DNA from: Tubulanus polymorphus
Lineage: Eukaryota; Animalia; Nemertea
NCBI RefSeq assembly: GCF_964204645.1
Contig: NC_134026.1
Span: 31,270,150 to 31,334,149, forward strand
Direction of reading: 5' to 3'
Length of the DNA: 64,000 nucleotides
Both the position numbers and the translations under genes were made by a program. The first letter of the stretch is position 1. Every line of letters begins with the position of its first letter. Below are positions 1 through 13,503 of this stretch, one piece after another. A model generated the notes under the pieces. That model did not search any database. It saw only the letters and a list, made by a program, of their open reading frames with translations, and had not been told where the DNA came from.

Positions 1-84
1 AAACGATTATTTACATATCAGTATTATATACAAAACTCTTATATTTTCCTCACCGACACAACAACATTTTTGGCCAGTATACGC

Positions 85-314
85 CCGATGATTGTGGCTA
101 ATAGTATTTAGCCGAAACGCTGCTCGTAATATATATCATTTTGATAATAAGATAAAAACCCACTATCTACAAATTAAAAGAATTTAACACACCAGACGAT
201 GATCTCTAGGGTGAGATCCAAACGTCGTGTATTCTATATATTTTAGATTGAATAAATAAATTCTTGTTTTTAAATTCTTTTAATGTGTAGATAGTGGGTT
301 TTTATCTTATTATC
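85..314 (+). mobile_element. Penelope-like terminal remnant with two degenerate hammerhead-like motifs and an inverted repeat
   Basis: Two core-like motifs: ccgatga-ttgt-ggctaa/ttagcc-gaaacgc (~86-120) and cagacga-t-gatctc/gagatc-caaacgtc (~193-226). A ~44-bp inverted repeat pairs 143-186 with 270-314. Confidence 0.5.
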
Positions 315-3300
315 CGTTCACCACGTTTGAGAACTTTTCATTTCTGGCTGTTATGGCAGAGTTATTGTGGGATTTCTCTCGTTAACATTTTTGGCTGTTT
401 CTCCACAACTATTTGACTATTTGAACAATATTATCCCCTTGCACAACCCCTCATTCAGAAATTTTCACAACTTCAGATTTCACTGAGTTACATTTTCCTC
501 GCTCGATTCTTGCCAAAACAAGTTTATCCTTGAACGTACTACATTTTCACCGAGGCGTCAAATAATTCATTTATCATTAATTTTCTAGTTCGCTAATTCT
601 GTATTCAGGAAAACTTTTGGAAAATAATCTTTTATAAGAAATTCCAGAATTTCATAATTTCTACGAAGTAGGAGGGTATTAGTTAGTTACATGGTCGTCG
701 TTCTGGTAAGCTTTTATAATCGGATGGGCTTATACCAAACTTATGTGGTTTGTGAAAAATCTCCAGGTTACTGACTAGGTTTACGTGAGGTTTCTAGAAA
801 AAAGATATCTAATCTTACGAATTAAAAAAAAAATCAGATGATGACAATTCCTTCTGTCCTTCGAAAATAATACAATAGGAAAAGTTATTTGGTGAATAAT
901 TGAATGAAATCGAATGAATTATGAAAAAAAGATTTTATGGACCAAGGACTCCATGAAACAGCGACAGAAATTTCACCTGTTAATAATTCTTATTATCAGA
1001 AATGAAATTTCGAACACATAATTAATCAAGCATTTCAGAAGATTTGTGAAGATCCGAATTTGAAATTCAGTGAAGATTTGGATAATTTACTCCAGAGAAT
1101 TCTCTATCTTATTCTAACAACAGAAACAAACACACTGACAATACCTTCAAATAAAATCCCTTCCAAACGAATCCCATGTTTTAAATCCAGAAAATACTAA
1201 AATCCAAGATTTGGCGCCACTAAACAGACGAGAACGTGTCAGTAAGCATCCTAACAGTGTGGTCGACAGCAGCAGTACTGACTGGTTACAGCATCAGCAG
1301 CATCAGCAGCAGCAAGGCGACGACATTCAACACGCAGGGGTGGCAGGTAGCCATTAAGACGATTGCAGAGAAACAACGTTTTTATCAGTTACAAACAATT
1401 TGAAGAGGACGACAGGATGATGAAACCCGTGGGACTTAGAAAAAATACGAGAGGACCAATAAATAAATGTTAACTTTACGGTAGAAATTTATCTATAAAC
1501 AACTTTCCAACTTTTCAAGATGATAGGATGGTGGTTCGGAAAGTTTAAAAACGATCAAATCAAAATACCCTCTGGCCGTGCCTTATACCCTTATGATGCC
1601 TGTCAGCCTCAAAGGCGAAACGATCTTATCGCTGAGTATATTTTTCTAAGGAAAGGTTACATTCAATAAAATCGATCGTTTTTCATCATTATCTTTCGTC
1701 AATACGTCAGGGTGATGAATAGAGCCGTGGATTTCGTCAGGTTTGGGGAATGTTCGGGTCAACGGGGAAATGTAGGGTCACATATTGACTGGTGTCGACT
1801 TACTCACAGCACTATAACGCGGACCTTTTAAACCTCTAGTGGAAGTGATAATACCAGTTATTTAAGCTTTTCTAAATCCAAAATTAATTGAATTGGTCTC
1901 GTCTGCCGATATAGCAGACGAATCAATTCGGAGTAAGTTGTAATTCTGTGTAATCGAGTATAAAGAGAACTCAACTGAAGTCTGTGTTGGATGCCTTTCC
2001 GTTTTCTCAGCTTACACTTTCAAAGCTCGAGTCTTTGATGATGATAAGATTCTGACTATTTCGTTCTCAGCCTCGGGGATAGAACTGTAATCTCTGAGAG
2101 TGGTGCAAGCAGCGCCGACACCGACGCGAGTTTACTGTGCGGCTCTGAATATTGAGATATGGATTCTAAACTAGAAAAATATAGATTCTTGTGTTTTTCT
2201 AAAACTTGGCCCGGAATTTACTGATTGATACAGAACGTCAATGAATAACCTGACTCTAATATTAGTCACGAGGTTGTGTAAAAATGGAATCGAACAAAGT
2301 TTTGCAAAAAGATATCTCGATATAAAAATGGCGCAGAAAGGAAATATCGTGGGGGGGGGGGATTTGTGTAGGGAAGGGGGTAGGTCGGACCCAACTACAC
2401 CTCCGGCCGAATCACACGCCATCCTCGGGTTAGGTCGCCTCTCCGGCCGAAGCTGACTCGGAGTCATCCCTTGGTCGGAGGCAACCTCATCTTAGAAAGC
2501 GAGGATTACATTTTTGTGACACTTGTTTCTAGTACCGGTACAAAGAATGCAGCTTTATTCCAGAAGCATTCAGTTCCAGGGTACAACGTATTTGACGCGG
2601 ACGTGACGACGTCCAAGTTGTTTTTTCCCTTATTTTATCTAGTTTTACATGTGCCCCTAATCACCTGCCCTAGGTCGGATGTGGTGCGGTGCTTATATCT
2701 ATAAACACCGCGCCGCTCAGATCAATTTTCACGCTACTTAATTTGCAGCGCGCGCTGTTACAATAAATCGAAATACAATGCGTTGATTTATATCAGTGTT
2801 CAGAAATTAGAAATTAGATCTATTGATCAGGTTTCAGTGCACCCGGGTGACAATTCTAATTTTTCTAGTTTCCGGATTACGATGGTACAATAGCAGTGAT
2901 CAATAATTCCAGGAGACTCCTGCAGTGAGAGAGATTCCGAAAGATCAATAAAATTATTGCGTCTGTATTTTGTATTGTAACCGTTGACTATTGTTGTTAT
3001 CATATTTTTCAATTCGTCCCCAAACGACAATCAACCCGACCGCACAAAGTCACTGAGTAAACTAAAAGCTGTCACATCTGGGAATGCGCTGATTCGTCTG
3101 GGATTCAAATTCATATAAATCATTCCTACGTGCGATCGCTTAGGACGAGACGCCTTGTTACTTTGACAACAGCCCGGTAAAATATCCATATAGCTGAACA
3201 GTGATTAAGGGCTGAATAATGATAAAACGGCTGTGGACTAGAAGTCAATGACTTCCCAACAAATTCAGGCAATTTATGGGGTCAATATTGTACAAACGGC

Positions 3301-4000
3301 GGTATCTTATTCGACGCTGTGTTTAACACAATCGATGAAAATAGAAATATTTCATCGATATCGTTACAGCATTTAACGATAAACGTTTAATTTTCGAAGG
3401 TGTTTCACAATGTACAAATATTCTCAGATTACAATATAACAGTCAATATCCGTATCAATATACACAGTAACAGTAAACGTATATTTTACTCTTAAAAATG
3501 ATGCCGCAATTCTTTCGCCTAAAGCGATCTTTTTTAAAATAGTATTTATTTAGTATCACATTACGTTGACAAAGGCCGACAACAAAGGCGAATATTGAAA
3601 TAACAATGATATCTATTTTACCGTCAACAAACGATCATTTCTAAATTCAAAATCAAATTTACGGAAATGTTATTTGAGTAGATATGTGGACGTACTTACA
3701 CTATAATTACAGTTTTGAAACAGATGAATTTCTTCTAAGTTTGGATGTCGACTATTATCTTACTAGTGCAGACGTCATCAATATCCATCAGACAAATAGG
3801 CCAACTAAACCTATAAATATAGAACAAATTCAAATGTGAAAACAATGAAGATCAGTTCTTTTAGTTCATCTTCAAGTTGAGTAAGAACTTTTAGTATTTT
3901 CAGCTATTGAAATTGAAAAGATGATCAAGTAATAAGAGTTATCAACTAAACAGCCATTATTGAAGAGATGGCGATCATGATGTATATATTTCTAACTCAC

Positions 4001-4376
4001 CCCTCTCCCCTCTCCTCCCCTCTCACATCACTCTCCCCTCACGCTTTCCCCTCTCATCACTTTCCCTTTCTCTCCCCTCTCTCTCTTTCTCTCCTCTCCC
4101 CCTCTCTCCCTCTCTCTTTCTCCCTATCTCTCCCCCTCTCTCTCTCTTTCTCTCCCCTCTCCCCATCTCTCTCCCTCACCCATCACATCACTCTATCTCC
4201 CTCATCTCTCCCTCTATCTCCCTCTCTCTCCTCTCTCCCTCACCCATCACATTTCTCTCCCTTTCTCCCTCTCTCTCTCTCTCTTTCTCCCTCTCTCCCT
4301 ATCTCTCTCCTCTCTCCCTCACCCATCACATCTCTCTCTCTCCCTCATCTCTCCCTCTATCTCTCTCTCTCTCTCT
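4001..4376. repeat. CT-rich low-complexity tract
   Basis: Degenerate (CT)n/(CCT)n with a recurring cacccatcacatc motif. Confidence 0.9.
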
Positions 4377-4699
4377 TATCACTGGTTTTGATATGTTGTT
4401 ATTCATCTAAACGAACAGAACATTCACCAATAAATATTCGATTAGAGAAAGAATTTTCTATAAATCACTGATTGTTTACATTACACAGATAAACATATAT
4501 AATTATATACGTCATCAGATAATTGTCAAGACTTGATGATGATGATTTGTTTATACGGTTATGCATGTTCGTGGATACTTTGTTTGAATGTAGTGTAGAT
4601 ACACTCTGTGGTAGGCCTACATATCTGATGATACATTGTATCATTAGGTGTATTTTTGTAGTTTTGGTTTGGATACTCATGTATTGATGATAAAAGGAC

Positions 4700-4935
4700 T
4701 AAAAGGAATCAGAAATGTTTCCTCTAGCCGATAATTATTTATCATCTTGACTCAATCCTAATAGTCTTTTTCATCTTCGGGATATAAGCTGGAGGAATAC
4801 TTTGAAATATTCCAAATCAAACACCATATTTTTCTTTCATATAAAATCCCACACTAGAAATAAAAGAGTCAGAAATGTTTCCATGAGCTAAATGAAATGA
4901 GCTAAAAGTTTATTCGACGTTTCAACAGTGTCTTC
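4700..4935 (-). mobile_element. Degenerate copies of the hammerhead-bearing dispersed repeat
   Basis: Contains gagtcagaaatgtttcc, atataaaatcccacactagaaa and tattcgacgtttc, which match the reverse complement of the family consensus. Confidence 0.6.
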
Positions 4936-6281
4936 TAAGGGCAGGTTATCAGGGAAAAAGGCGAATACCTCGGGGCCGTTTTGTGCCCGTTTTTTAATAG
5001 TGCTAAGTGACCCTTAATAGTCACGTGTCCATCTCCAGATCTGCCCGGATTTCTAAAACCTTTAACACGCTAATACGTGATCAATGTGACTATGTTAGTA
5101 AAGATAGGGCTAAAAGATCGCGGCCTTTAAGTAGTAATTTTGTACAAATTGATGTAAAATTAGCGAGAAGAAAGGTATTCCCCTTGTGAGTCATGAGACG
5201 GTACCGCCGACAATACAGCAGAGAAATTAGTGAACCCCGCACCTTCATAGCAATCTCCTGTCAAGACACAATGGACTAGCGATTATCAGACCGTAGAAAC
5301 CCATCTTATAAGCAGATGACTCATTTAAACATATTGGCACTTAGGATCCAATTAGATCACAGTGCATGGATGACATCCCTCACCGGTCGCCAATCAAATT
5401 TCCACAATTATGAAATTACTAAAACTCATATCAGACGCGAAATTGTCGCCTAGATACAATTTCACCTGGTGACCATCAGTCAACTAATATGCGTGACGTA
5501 GTACCTTATTCAGCCAATCAGAGGACACGGTATGAAAAGACCCATGAATCTGACTGTTCGGTTAGAGAATGCTTTTACCCATATTCAGAGATTCGAAATT
5601 CCAATTGAATATTTTACACACAAGATGAGTTTAGAATATGAACATGGCCTGCATCGTTTAATTCTTAAATGAATATCTTGAGGACCAGAATATATTCGAA
5701 CTGTTTCATTTTTTTTTGGGGGGGGGGGGGGGATAATACTCCGTGAACCCCCAAGGTCAACCACCGTATTTCATGATTTAGAGTGAAACCTTTAGATTGG
5801 ATAGATCCCCGCCTGCCCTATACGTGTCTGAAGTCAGAAACAAAAGCCCATAAAACAAACAAAACTACACTTAAAGATGCCTCGAATTCTAAGAGGCTAC
5901 GGTAGGATTTTATCTCATAAAATCTCATAGAGAAATAATAGAACTCAAGGCCGTATAACCCACCCCACAAATAAATTACAGTTTTAGCATAACCTGTGGG
6001 AAGGTCTATAGAAACTAATCTAGAAATCTTCAATAAATCAGTAAACAACAGAACCACTCATATCTGAAGCACCCCCTAGCACCCGGTCAATGTGAACCAC
6101 CCTAGATTCCAGGTAAAATACTTGTTTGTGATAATAACAACAACTGAATACAATGTGTATATCCTACAATATAAAATACAATGTATTGGTACAGGATAGA
6201 TACAAGTAATATTTCTAAACAATTCTAGAATGTGTAAGAGCCGTAGAAATAGAGATAATGGTTTCTATCGATTAGCTACGG

Positions 6282-6625
6282 ATATACCCCCGGTTTACTG
6301 GCTCTCATTGATCAGAAATACCCCCGGTTTACTGGCTGTCATTGATCAGAAATACCCCCAGTTTACTGGCTGTCATTGATCAAAAATACCCCCGGTTTAC
6401 TGGCTGTCATTGATCAGAAATACCCCCGGTTTACTGGCTGTCATTGATCAGAAATACCCCCGGTTTACTGGCTCTCATTGATCAGAAATACCCCCGGTTT
6501 ACTGGCTCTCATTGATCAGAAATACCCCCGGTTTACTGGCTCTCATTGATCAGAAATACCCCCGGTTTACTGGCTCTCATTGATCAGAAATACCCCCGGT
6601 TTACTGGCTGTCATTGATCAGAAAT
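6282..6625. repeat. 34-bp minisatellite, ~10 copies
   Basis: Unit aaatacccccggtttactggct(g/c)tcattgatcag. Confidence 0.95.
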
Positions 6626-7388
6626 AAACTCGTCTTTTTTGTTCCTGTTATCTATTACTTTGTAGCAAGGATTCAACCATAAATTGCGTTCAACAACAAA
6701 AACAAAATAGAAGAACATCTTTTAACGATAACAGAACAATATCGATTTATCTGTTCGCGTGTAAAATAGCAGCATGTCACGTCACGTGACTGAGTCTGCC
6801 AGACTAATTGACGAAAAGAGCTGTTCTCAGCGTCAAATCCGAGAACAATGTACGCGTACGATCCCGGCGTCTTAATACGTCGATCAAACTGTTAAATTTC
6901 AATCACCGGTACTACACATCACCGTTTAGAATCATCATGCGAATTCGAAATATAGATTGCTGATTTTTTTTGGTGACAATGTCTCGATAATCGCTGATTA
7001 GATTCAGCACCTGATCGAAAATGACGCCATTTTGTTTTAAGCCGCCATTGTTGTTGTCAACAATATAGGCAGCTACCAAAAATGCTGATATCTAATATTA
7101 TGTTCTGCTTTCGCTGCAGTCAACAATAGGAAACCTCCCATGATACTGCGCTCCGACTGAAGATTCCACTTGTGGCAAGTGAAGATCCACCAGGTGTCGC
7201 TAGTAGTAACTCGGTCTTCCACGTCTCTGTCATTTTCAATATTTCAGTATATATACCATATTTACAATCAACACAGAAAATATAAACTTTTCTTCGTAGA
7301 ATATAACAAAATAATTAGCAATGCTGCACATGTTATACACTATTTACAATATATCGGGGCCTACAAACTGACAGACTTAATGCTCGTC

Positions 7389-7403
7389 ACGCCATCTAGT
7401 GGG
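7389..7403 (-). promoter_or_regulatory. CTCF-like motif
   Basis: cgccatctagtgg is the reverse complement of CCACTAGATGGCG. Confidence 0.4.
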
Positions 7404-7644
7404 ATAGTTACTGATCCATTAAGTATTGATAAGTCGTTTAATTATCTCGTCGGAAACAGGCAGAGTTTGTTTCGATGCATTCATTTTATTATCGAAAACA
7501 TCGCGTGCTAATGAGGAAACTGACGAGAATAGAGAAAGAAGAGGATACAAGTTGCTATTGTCAGTTATTATAATTGACACGTGATATGTTCATTCAGTGA
7601 GGATTACACCATCGTTTGGTTCGTTAACGGTGTGATGTACAACT

Positions 7645-8546
7645 TCAGGAGGTAGATAGAGAGAGAGATAGAGGGAGATGGTACTGGTACATAAAGCTCT
7701 CCTCGGGAAATACCGTGTGGCTGCCCTCAGGAGGTAGAGATCGATAGAGGGAAGGAGAGGGAGGGAGGGAGAGGGAGAGAGTGAGGGGGAGAGAGGGAGG
7801 GAGGGAGAGAGGGAGGGAGATGCTCTCCTCAGGAAATACTGTGTGGTTGCCCTCAGGAGGTAGAGATAGATAGAGGGAAAAAGAGGGAGGGAGAGAGGGA
7901 GGGAGGGTGGGAGGGGGAGAGAGGGAGGGAGGGAGAGAGAGGGAGGGAGATGCTCTCCTCAGGAAATACTGTGTGGTTGCCCTCAGGAGGTAGAGATAGA
8001 TAGAGGGAAAAAGAGGGAGGGAGAGAGGGAGGGAGAGAGGGGGAGAGAGGGAGAGAGAGGGAGAGAGAGAGAGAGAGGGAGGGAGATGCTCTCCTCAGGA
8101 AATACTGTGTGGTTGCCCTCAGGAGGTAGAGATAGATAGAGGGAAAAAGAGGGAGGGAGAGAGGGAGGGAGGGTGGGAGGGGGAGAGAGGGAGGGAGGGA
8201 GAGAGAGGAAGGGAGATGCTCTCCTCAGGAAATACCGTATGGTTCCCCCTAGGAGGTAGAGAGAGATGGAGGAAGAGATAGAGATGGAGGAAGAGAGAGG
8301 GAGGGAATGAGGGAGGGGGAGAGATGGAGGGAGGGAGAGAGAGGGAGAGTGAGAGGGAGAGAGTGAGGGGAGAGAGAGAGGGAGGGAGAGAGAGAGAGGG
8401 AGGGAGGGAGAGGGAGAGAGGGAGGGAGGGAGAGGGAGGAGAGCGATGGAGGGAGGGAGAGAGATAGAGGGAGAGAGAGATGGAGGGAGAGAGGGAGAGA
8501 GGGAGGGAGATACTCTCCTCAGGAAATATCGTGTGGTTCCCCTCGG
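7645..8546. repeat. Compound repeat: ~50-bp conserved unit separated by variable GGGA/GA tracts, ~6 copies
   Basis: gatgctctcctcaggaaatactgtgtggttgccctcaggaggtagagatagat recurs with purine spacers of variable length. Confidence 0.9.
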
Positions 8547-8958
8547 GCTGAAGCGATAATAGCGAGCATGAGCATTTAGCCTTCATCATCTCGACTCACG
8601 TTCTGCAGACGCGAAGAAAATTCTACCAAATTGCTGTTATTTCAAAACACTTTTGCTTTTACGGTAGAAATTGCCTCGATTGACTGTCAGTCGGTGTGGG
8701 TAACGCACTGGTGAGACCTTATCGTCAACTCCGTGACGAATCGGTAAAACACAGGACAGATAGTACTGTATACTTTGTAAAACTTGTCAGGGCGAGATTT
8801 AAAAACTACATTAAGTACTTCGTGTTTACTGATCTACACAACTCCTTCATTACCCAACCCTGACAATTTACTCTTCAATTATATAACCATTGATGAAACA
8901 TTCTGAGTCCGGCATTTAAAGTTCCTGCTCACTTAAACATGAAAAGAGTCCGAAATGT

Positions 8959-9086
8959 TTCCTTGAGCTAGTGTAGTTTATTCAACGTTTCCACTATATC
9001 CTAATAGTCATCTTCAGGAATACTGTATTCCTTGAGCTAGTGTAGTTTATTCAACGTTTCGACTTTATCCTAATAGTCATCTTCAG
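8959..9086 (-). ncRNA. Two tandem minimal hammerhead ribozyme units (69-bp family)
   Basis: The reverse complement reads ctgaagatgactattaggataaagtcgaaacgttgaataaactacactagctcaagg, then a second unit with a gtggaaa variant. Confidence 0.7.
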
Positions 9087-9194
9087 GACCCAGTTCCACA
9101 GTTGTGAGTTAGAGTTAACTCTGAGTTAAAGTTAGTTCATTTTCAATGTTTTAACCCAGGGTCAAATCTTAACTCAGAACTGTGGAACTGGACC
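9087..9194. mobile_element. 108-bp MITE (PIF/Harbinger-like) with CAG target-site duplication, nested in the hammerhead element
   Basis: TIRs gacccagttccacagtt / aactgtggaactggacc. CAG lies at 9084-9086 and 9195-9197. Removing the MITE restores cttcaggaatac. Confidence 0.8.
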
Positions 9195-9789
9195 CAGGAA
9201 TACAGGTCTATGATAGGATATAGTCGAATTATCTTCAGGAATACTAGTGTTGTCCTCATTAACCATTGATACCAATATTCCTGAAGATGATCCTCAAAAA
9301 CATCAAATAGATAAAAGCTTTGAAACGTCGGTTCAAGAAAACATTTCAGACTTTTTATGCCCAATGTTGAGGGAATTCATATATTATATGTATTCGTCCT
9401 TCAGTTCTTGTGACTTCGTAATTTTGGAAACCAAGTAAAAACTTTAGCTGCAGGCTTTATCTGATAATCCATCGTCACCAGTAGAACAAGGCGGCAGCCG
9501 ATAATTTACTGGTCGTCGAAGTGTAATAATGAAATCATGTAAGGCGTCTTGTATCATGATTAAAACAAATTGAAGTAGAATATCATTGTTTCCTGAGTTC
9601 ATTCAGACGAACTGATAAAACTAATGTTTTCATCAGCTGCGATCTTATACAGCTTCTAAAATCTAATTATTACACTCTATATCAACATCTAATCCTTTAA
9701 ACATCATTAAATAATGATCATGTGACAGTTTTTAGATACCGCTCTCTAAGAGTAAAAGAGTCAGAAATGCTTCAATAAAGCATTTGACA

Positions 9790-10050
9790 ACAACCAAACC
9801 TGACAACCGGTAACCAGTCACCACACTGACTGGTTACCGGTCACCGCACTGACCAGACAAACTTACCAACTCTGTCAATCACTACCGATCTATGGTCTAG
9901 TGGTTAGCATGCTCGGCTGGTGTGCTTGTGGTTGTCGGATCGAGTCTCGCTAGGGTTCGGGACGACCCGCAAGGCTAGGGTTAGGGTTAGGGTGGAACGA
10001 GCTAGGGTTAAGGCATTTACTGCTGGTCTGTTTTTGGTAAATGTGTGTTT
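9790..10050 (+). mobile_element. Dispersed element with a hairpin, a tRNA-like head and TTAGGG repeats
   Basis: 15-bp perfect hairpin at 9806-9841, A-box-like tggtctagtggttag, B-box-like ggatcgagtc, then ctagggttagggttaggg. A homolog lies at 42165-42375. Confidence 0.65.
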
Positions 10051-10119
10051 CTCTCAATTTTTTGCCAAATGAAAGCGGGTGAATACGCGGAATGAAGTCA
10101 CCACATCTATTCTGACTGG

Positions 10120-10190
10120 TCACCAGCTAAATGGTTAGATCGTGACCTGGTTCGTGTGCTGGAGGTCCCGGGTTCGAATACTAGCATCAC
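10120..10190 (+). mobile_element. tRNA-derived SINE-like head
   Basis: A-box-like agctaaatggttag followed by ggtcccgggttcgaatac (B box). No complete acceptor stem. Confidence 0.45.
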
Positions 10191-11810
10191 TGCGTACATA
10201 GGGATGAACAACTTTTCCTCCGATTTTATAAAACAATCTTTTTAAAATGAACTGTCCTGTAACTTATCAACGCCTTCAGGGATTTTATCGTGAATCCCAA
10301 AAACTGTGGCAACTCAACTCAGAATGAGAATGACAGAAGTTATTAAAAGTTTCTGTACACTGAAAGATGATAAGAATGGCTGGTTATATGCAAGATATAC
10401 CGATACTGAGAAGCGAAGGAGCAGTCCCTCCCTCGAAGCACCGGAGCAGTCCCTCCCTCGGGTTTCAATTAACGAAAGAAAGAAACAGCAAGAATTGTTG
10501 ATACGCGGAAATAATTATTATATAGATATAATTAAATGATTACCCAGTGCTGAAATGTGCAGTGCGATACAGGACCCTGAAGTAGAGGAGGTATATCTAC
10601 TGGTGGTGAGATCATACAATGGTATTATGGTAATTAAACGGGCTACAAGTCTATGCATCTTCAGGCTGTGTTTGTATGTACTGAATACGAAGATTAATAT
10701 ACGACTTATGATATATTGCTTCAAGACATGTTCTTGACTTCATTACAGTGATGAGTATTCAGACTCGCTGACTACTGGCGTGTGATTAGTTATTGGGTCC
10801 ACTGACCCAATAAACAGCGCTTCCAACAACTCGCATTTCCAACTGAGACAACCTTGAAACAAGATAAACTTACTTAAAACTTTATTGAAGCCTTGAAAAA
10901 TATCGTCGACAATGTATGAAAGATCGAATACACATATTTGTCAATGATCAATAAAGTTATTTTAGATTTGAATGTATCGACAATTGAATTGAATTGATCG
11001 GCCACCAGTCGAGCCCCAATTTTGATGACGTAGTGCACAACGACTCACACAATATTCTAATTCCTTGAAAATTCATTGAATAGACGTTAGAAATTTGATT
11101 AATAACAAAATTAACGCAATTTTCCAAAGTTTTGATTGTTATTTTAAAACGCCCCAATATTGATGACGTAGACTGTACTGAGTGAGGGGATATGATGATC
11201 CCAAAAACGCCTGTGTCTAGAAAACTATCTTTATCCTAAATTCGGTTTCTTGAACTAGCTTTCTACCTCAGATAAATTCATAAGTTAAGCTTATGTCTGA
11301 AACGATCCGTAATTTTGATTGCGCCGCTAGCTATTTGGGAGTTCCCGCACAACCGCCGTGTCAGCAGACGATATGTTTTATGCCAATCACATGTGATCGT
11401 GGACGGGTTTTGTTTAGGAAATACGTCACGGTTGGCTGATAATAGCATTTGACTGATTAAAACAATAGGCAGTGAGCTAATGTCATTTTCTGTTGATTAG
11501 ATCAGAAGATCTTTTAATATATGACTCATCATTAACGGTTCCTAGCTCGGTATACCGCGTGAGCATCGCCCACCGAGTCATATTATGAAAATAGAAACAA
11601 TAAGCGATGTCTGAACTCGGCGAGTTTTTATGCACGGTTCGATCGGCTGACCGGACCGGCGGTAAATTTAGCAAATAAATCAATTTGTTACCGGTTCGCC
11701 TCAGAGGCGCAGTCAGCCCTCTGAGGACTCGTGTAAGGTAATAATCTGGCACGTGAAATGCGTGATAAACAGATAACACGATAAAGAGATGGAGAATTCC
11801 GTGAAGAATT

Positions 11811-11997
<187 letters not shown>

Positions 11998-12087
11998 AAT
12001 TATTAAGTTCGGTAATTTGTATTCCGATTGAATAATGTGACATTCTGGGCATTACTAAAAAAACCTAAACATTGCTACCAGTTTTAG

Positions 12088-12506
12088 AGGGTCCAGTTGT
12101 ACAATTGTGACTTAAGTCCAAGATTTGTGTTTATTCTGTAACTGATCTTAAGTTGTTAGATTGGCTATAGAACCAAAATGAGCTTAGACTGGTCTCAAGT
12201 TGTTAGATTGGCTATAGAACCAAAATGATCTGAGACTGGTCTTAAGTTGTTAGATTGGTTATAGAACCAAAATGAGTTTAGACTGGTCTTAATTTGTTAG
12301 ATTGGTTATAGAACTAAAATGAGCTTAAACTGGTCTTAAGTTGTTAGATTGGTTATAGAACCAAAATGACTTTAGACTGGTCTTAAGTTATTAGATTGTT
12401 TATAGAACCAAAATGGGCTTAGACTGGTCTTAAGTTGTTAGATTGATTATAGAAATAAAATGAGTTTAGACTGGTTGTCTTTAAGCCATGACTGTGCGAA
12501 TGGGTG
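12088..12506. mobile_element. MITE with internal 47-bp tandem array (~7 units)
   Basis: Ends gggtccagttgtacaattgtgacttaag / ttaagccatgactgtgcgaatggg. Internal unit ttaagttgttagattggttatagaaccaaaatgagtttagactggtc. Confidence 0.8.
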
Positions 12507-13139
12507 CTGTACCACCACCAGTGACCGCTCCTCACAATCACCCTTGAACTTTCACAATCACCCCACGTCCATGACCGATACCGACCACAGGAAAGTTACA
12601 GTAAAATCATCGGCAATTTTTATTCACATTGAATAAATGCGAAAGTTATCGACATATTGACATTGATTTCTGTCGTGTGTGAAAGTTTGTTTCTACCTTA
12701 AGGGCCTCTGGTAGTGTTTTACTTGTAAATATTGTCAAACTTTATATCGATGGAAATATTGATTTGAAGGATGTTTCGAATTACTCGATGGAAGAGATGT
12801 GGTAATCAGGATCGCGAGTTATTTGAACTGTGTATAGAAGAAGCACTTTATATCACTTGATAGAAGAAAGAAGTTTATACCGCCTGAGCGCTTGATTATG
12901 TTACCAGTACCCGGTAGATGATGATGTAATATTGGCTTTATTTACCGGCATTTCTGGTAATAAAATTAGGTAACCTTTGATTGATTATAAACCAAGCGTT
13001 CATACAATAATGCATATTCCACAGATTGAAAGATGCTTCTTCAAACTCATATATAAAACTGGTGATCAGTTGGGAAGTAAAGAGAATAACAAAACCGAAA
13101 TCTTTCCTTGAGTTTATTCGACGTTTCGACTTCATCCTA

Positions 13140-13503
13140 TGAGCTTATTTTTGTTCTATAACCAATCTAAGAACTTAAGACCAGTCTAAAGCCATTTTGG
13201 TTCTATAACCTAACAACTTGAAGACCAGTCTAAACTCATTTTGGTTCTATAACCAATCTAATAACTTAAGACCAGTCTAAACTCATTCTAGTTCTATAAC
13301 CAATCTAACAACTTAAGAGCAGTCCAAGCTCATTTTGGTTCTATAACCAATCTATCAACTTAAGACCAGTCTAAACTCATTTTGGTTCTATAACCAAAGA
13401 CCAGTCTATGCTTATTTTAGTTCTATAACCAAACTAACAACTTGAAGACCAGTCTTGCAAGACGACTTCTGGACTTGAGTCATGACTGTGCAACCAAACC
13501 CTG
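13140..13503. mobile_element. 47-bp-array MITE copy in the opposite orientation
   Basis: ctataaccaatctaacaacttaagaccagtctaaactcattttggtt units ending in gtcatgactgtgcaaccaaaccctg. Confidence 0.8.

Noticed and set aside
1049-1062. agatccgaatttg matches the 3' part of miR-10
   Set aside because: The seed (UACCCUGU) is absent and there is no convincing hairpin partner.
9976-10012. Telomere or telomerase RNA template
   Set aside because: Only 2-4 TTAGGG units, embedded in a dispersed repeat.
10120-10190. tRNA genes at B-box matches (10170, 22351, 49980, 53759, 54012, 55134)
   Set aside because: None folds into a full cloverleaf with an acceptor stem, so they are treated as SINE-like remnants.
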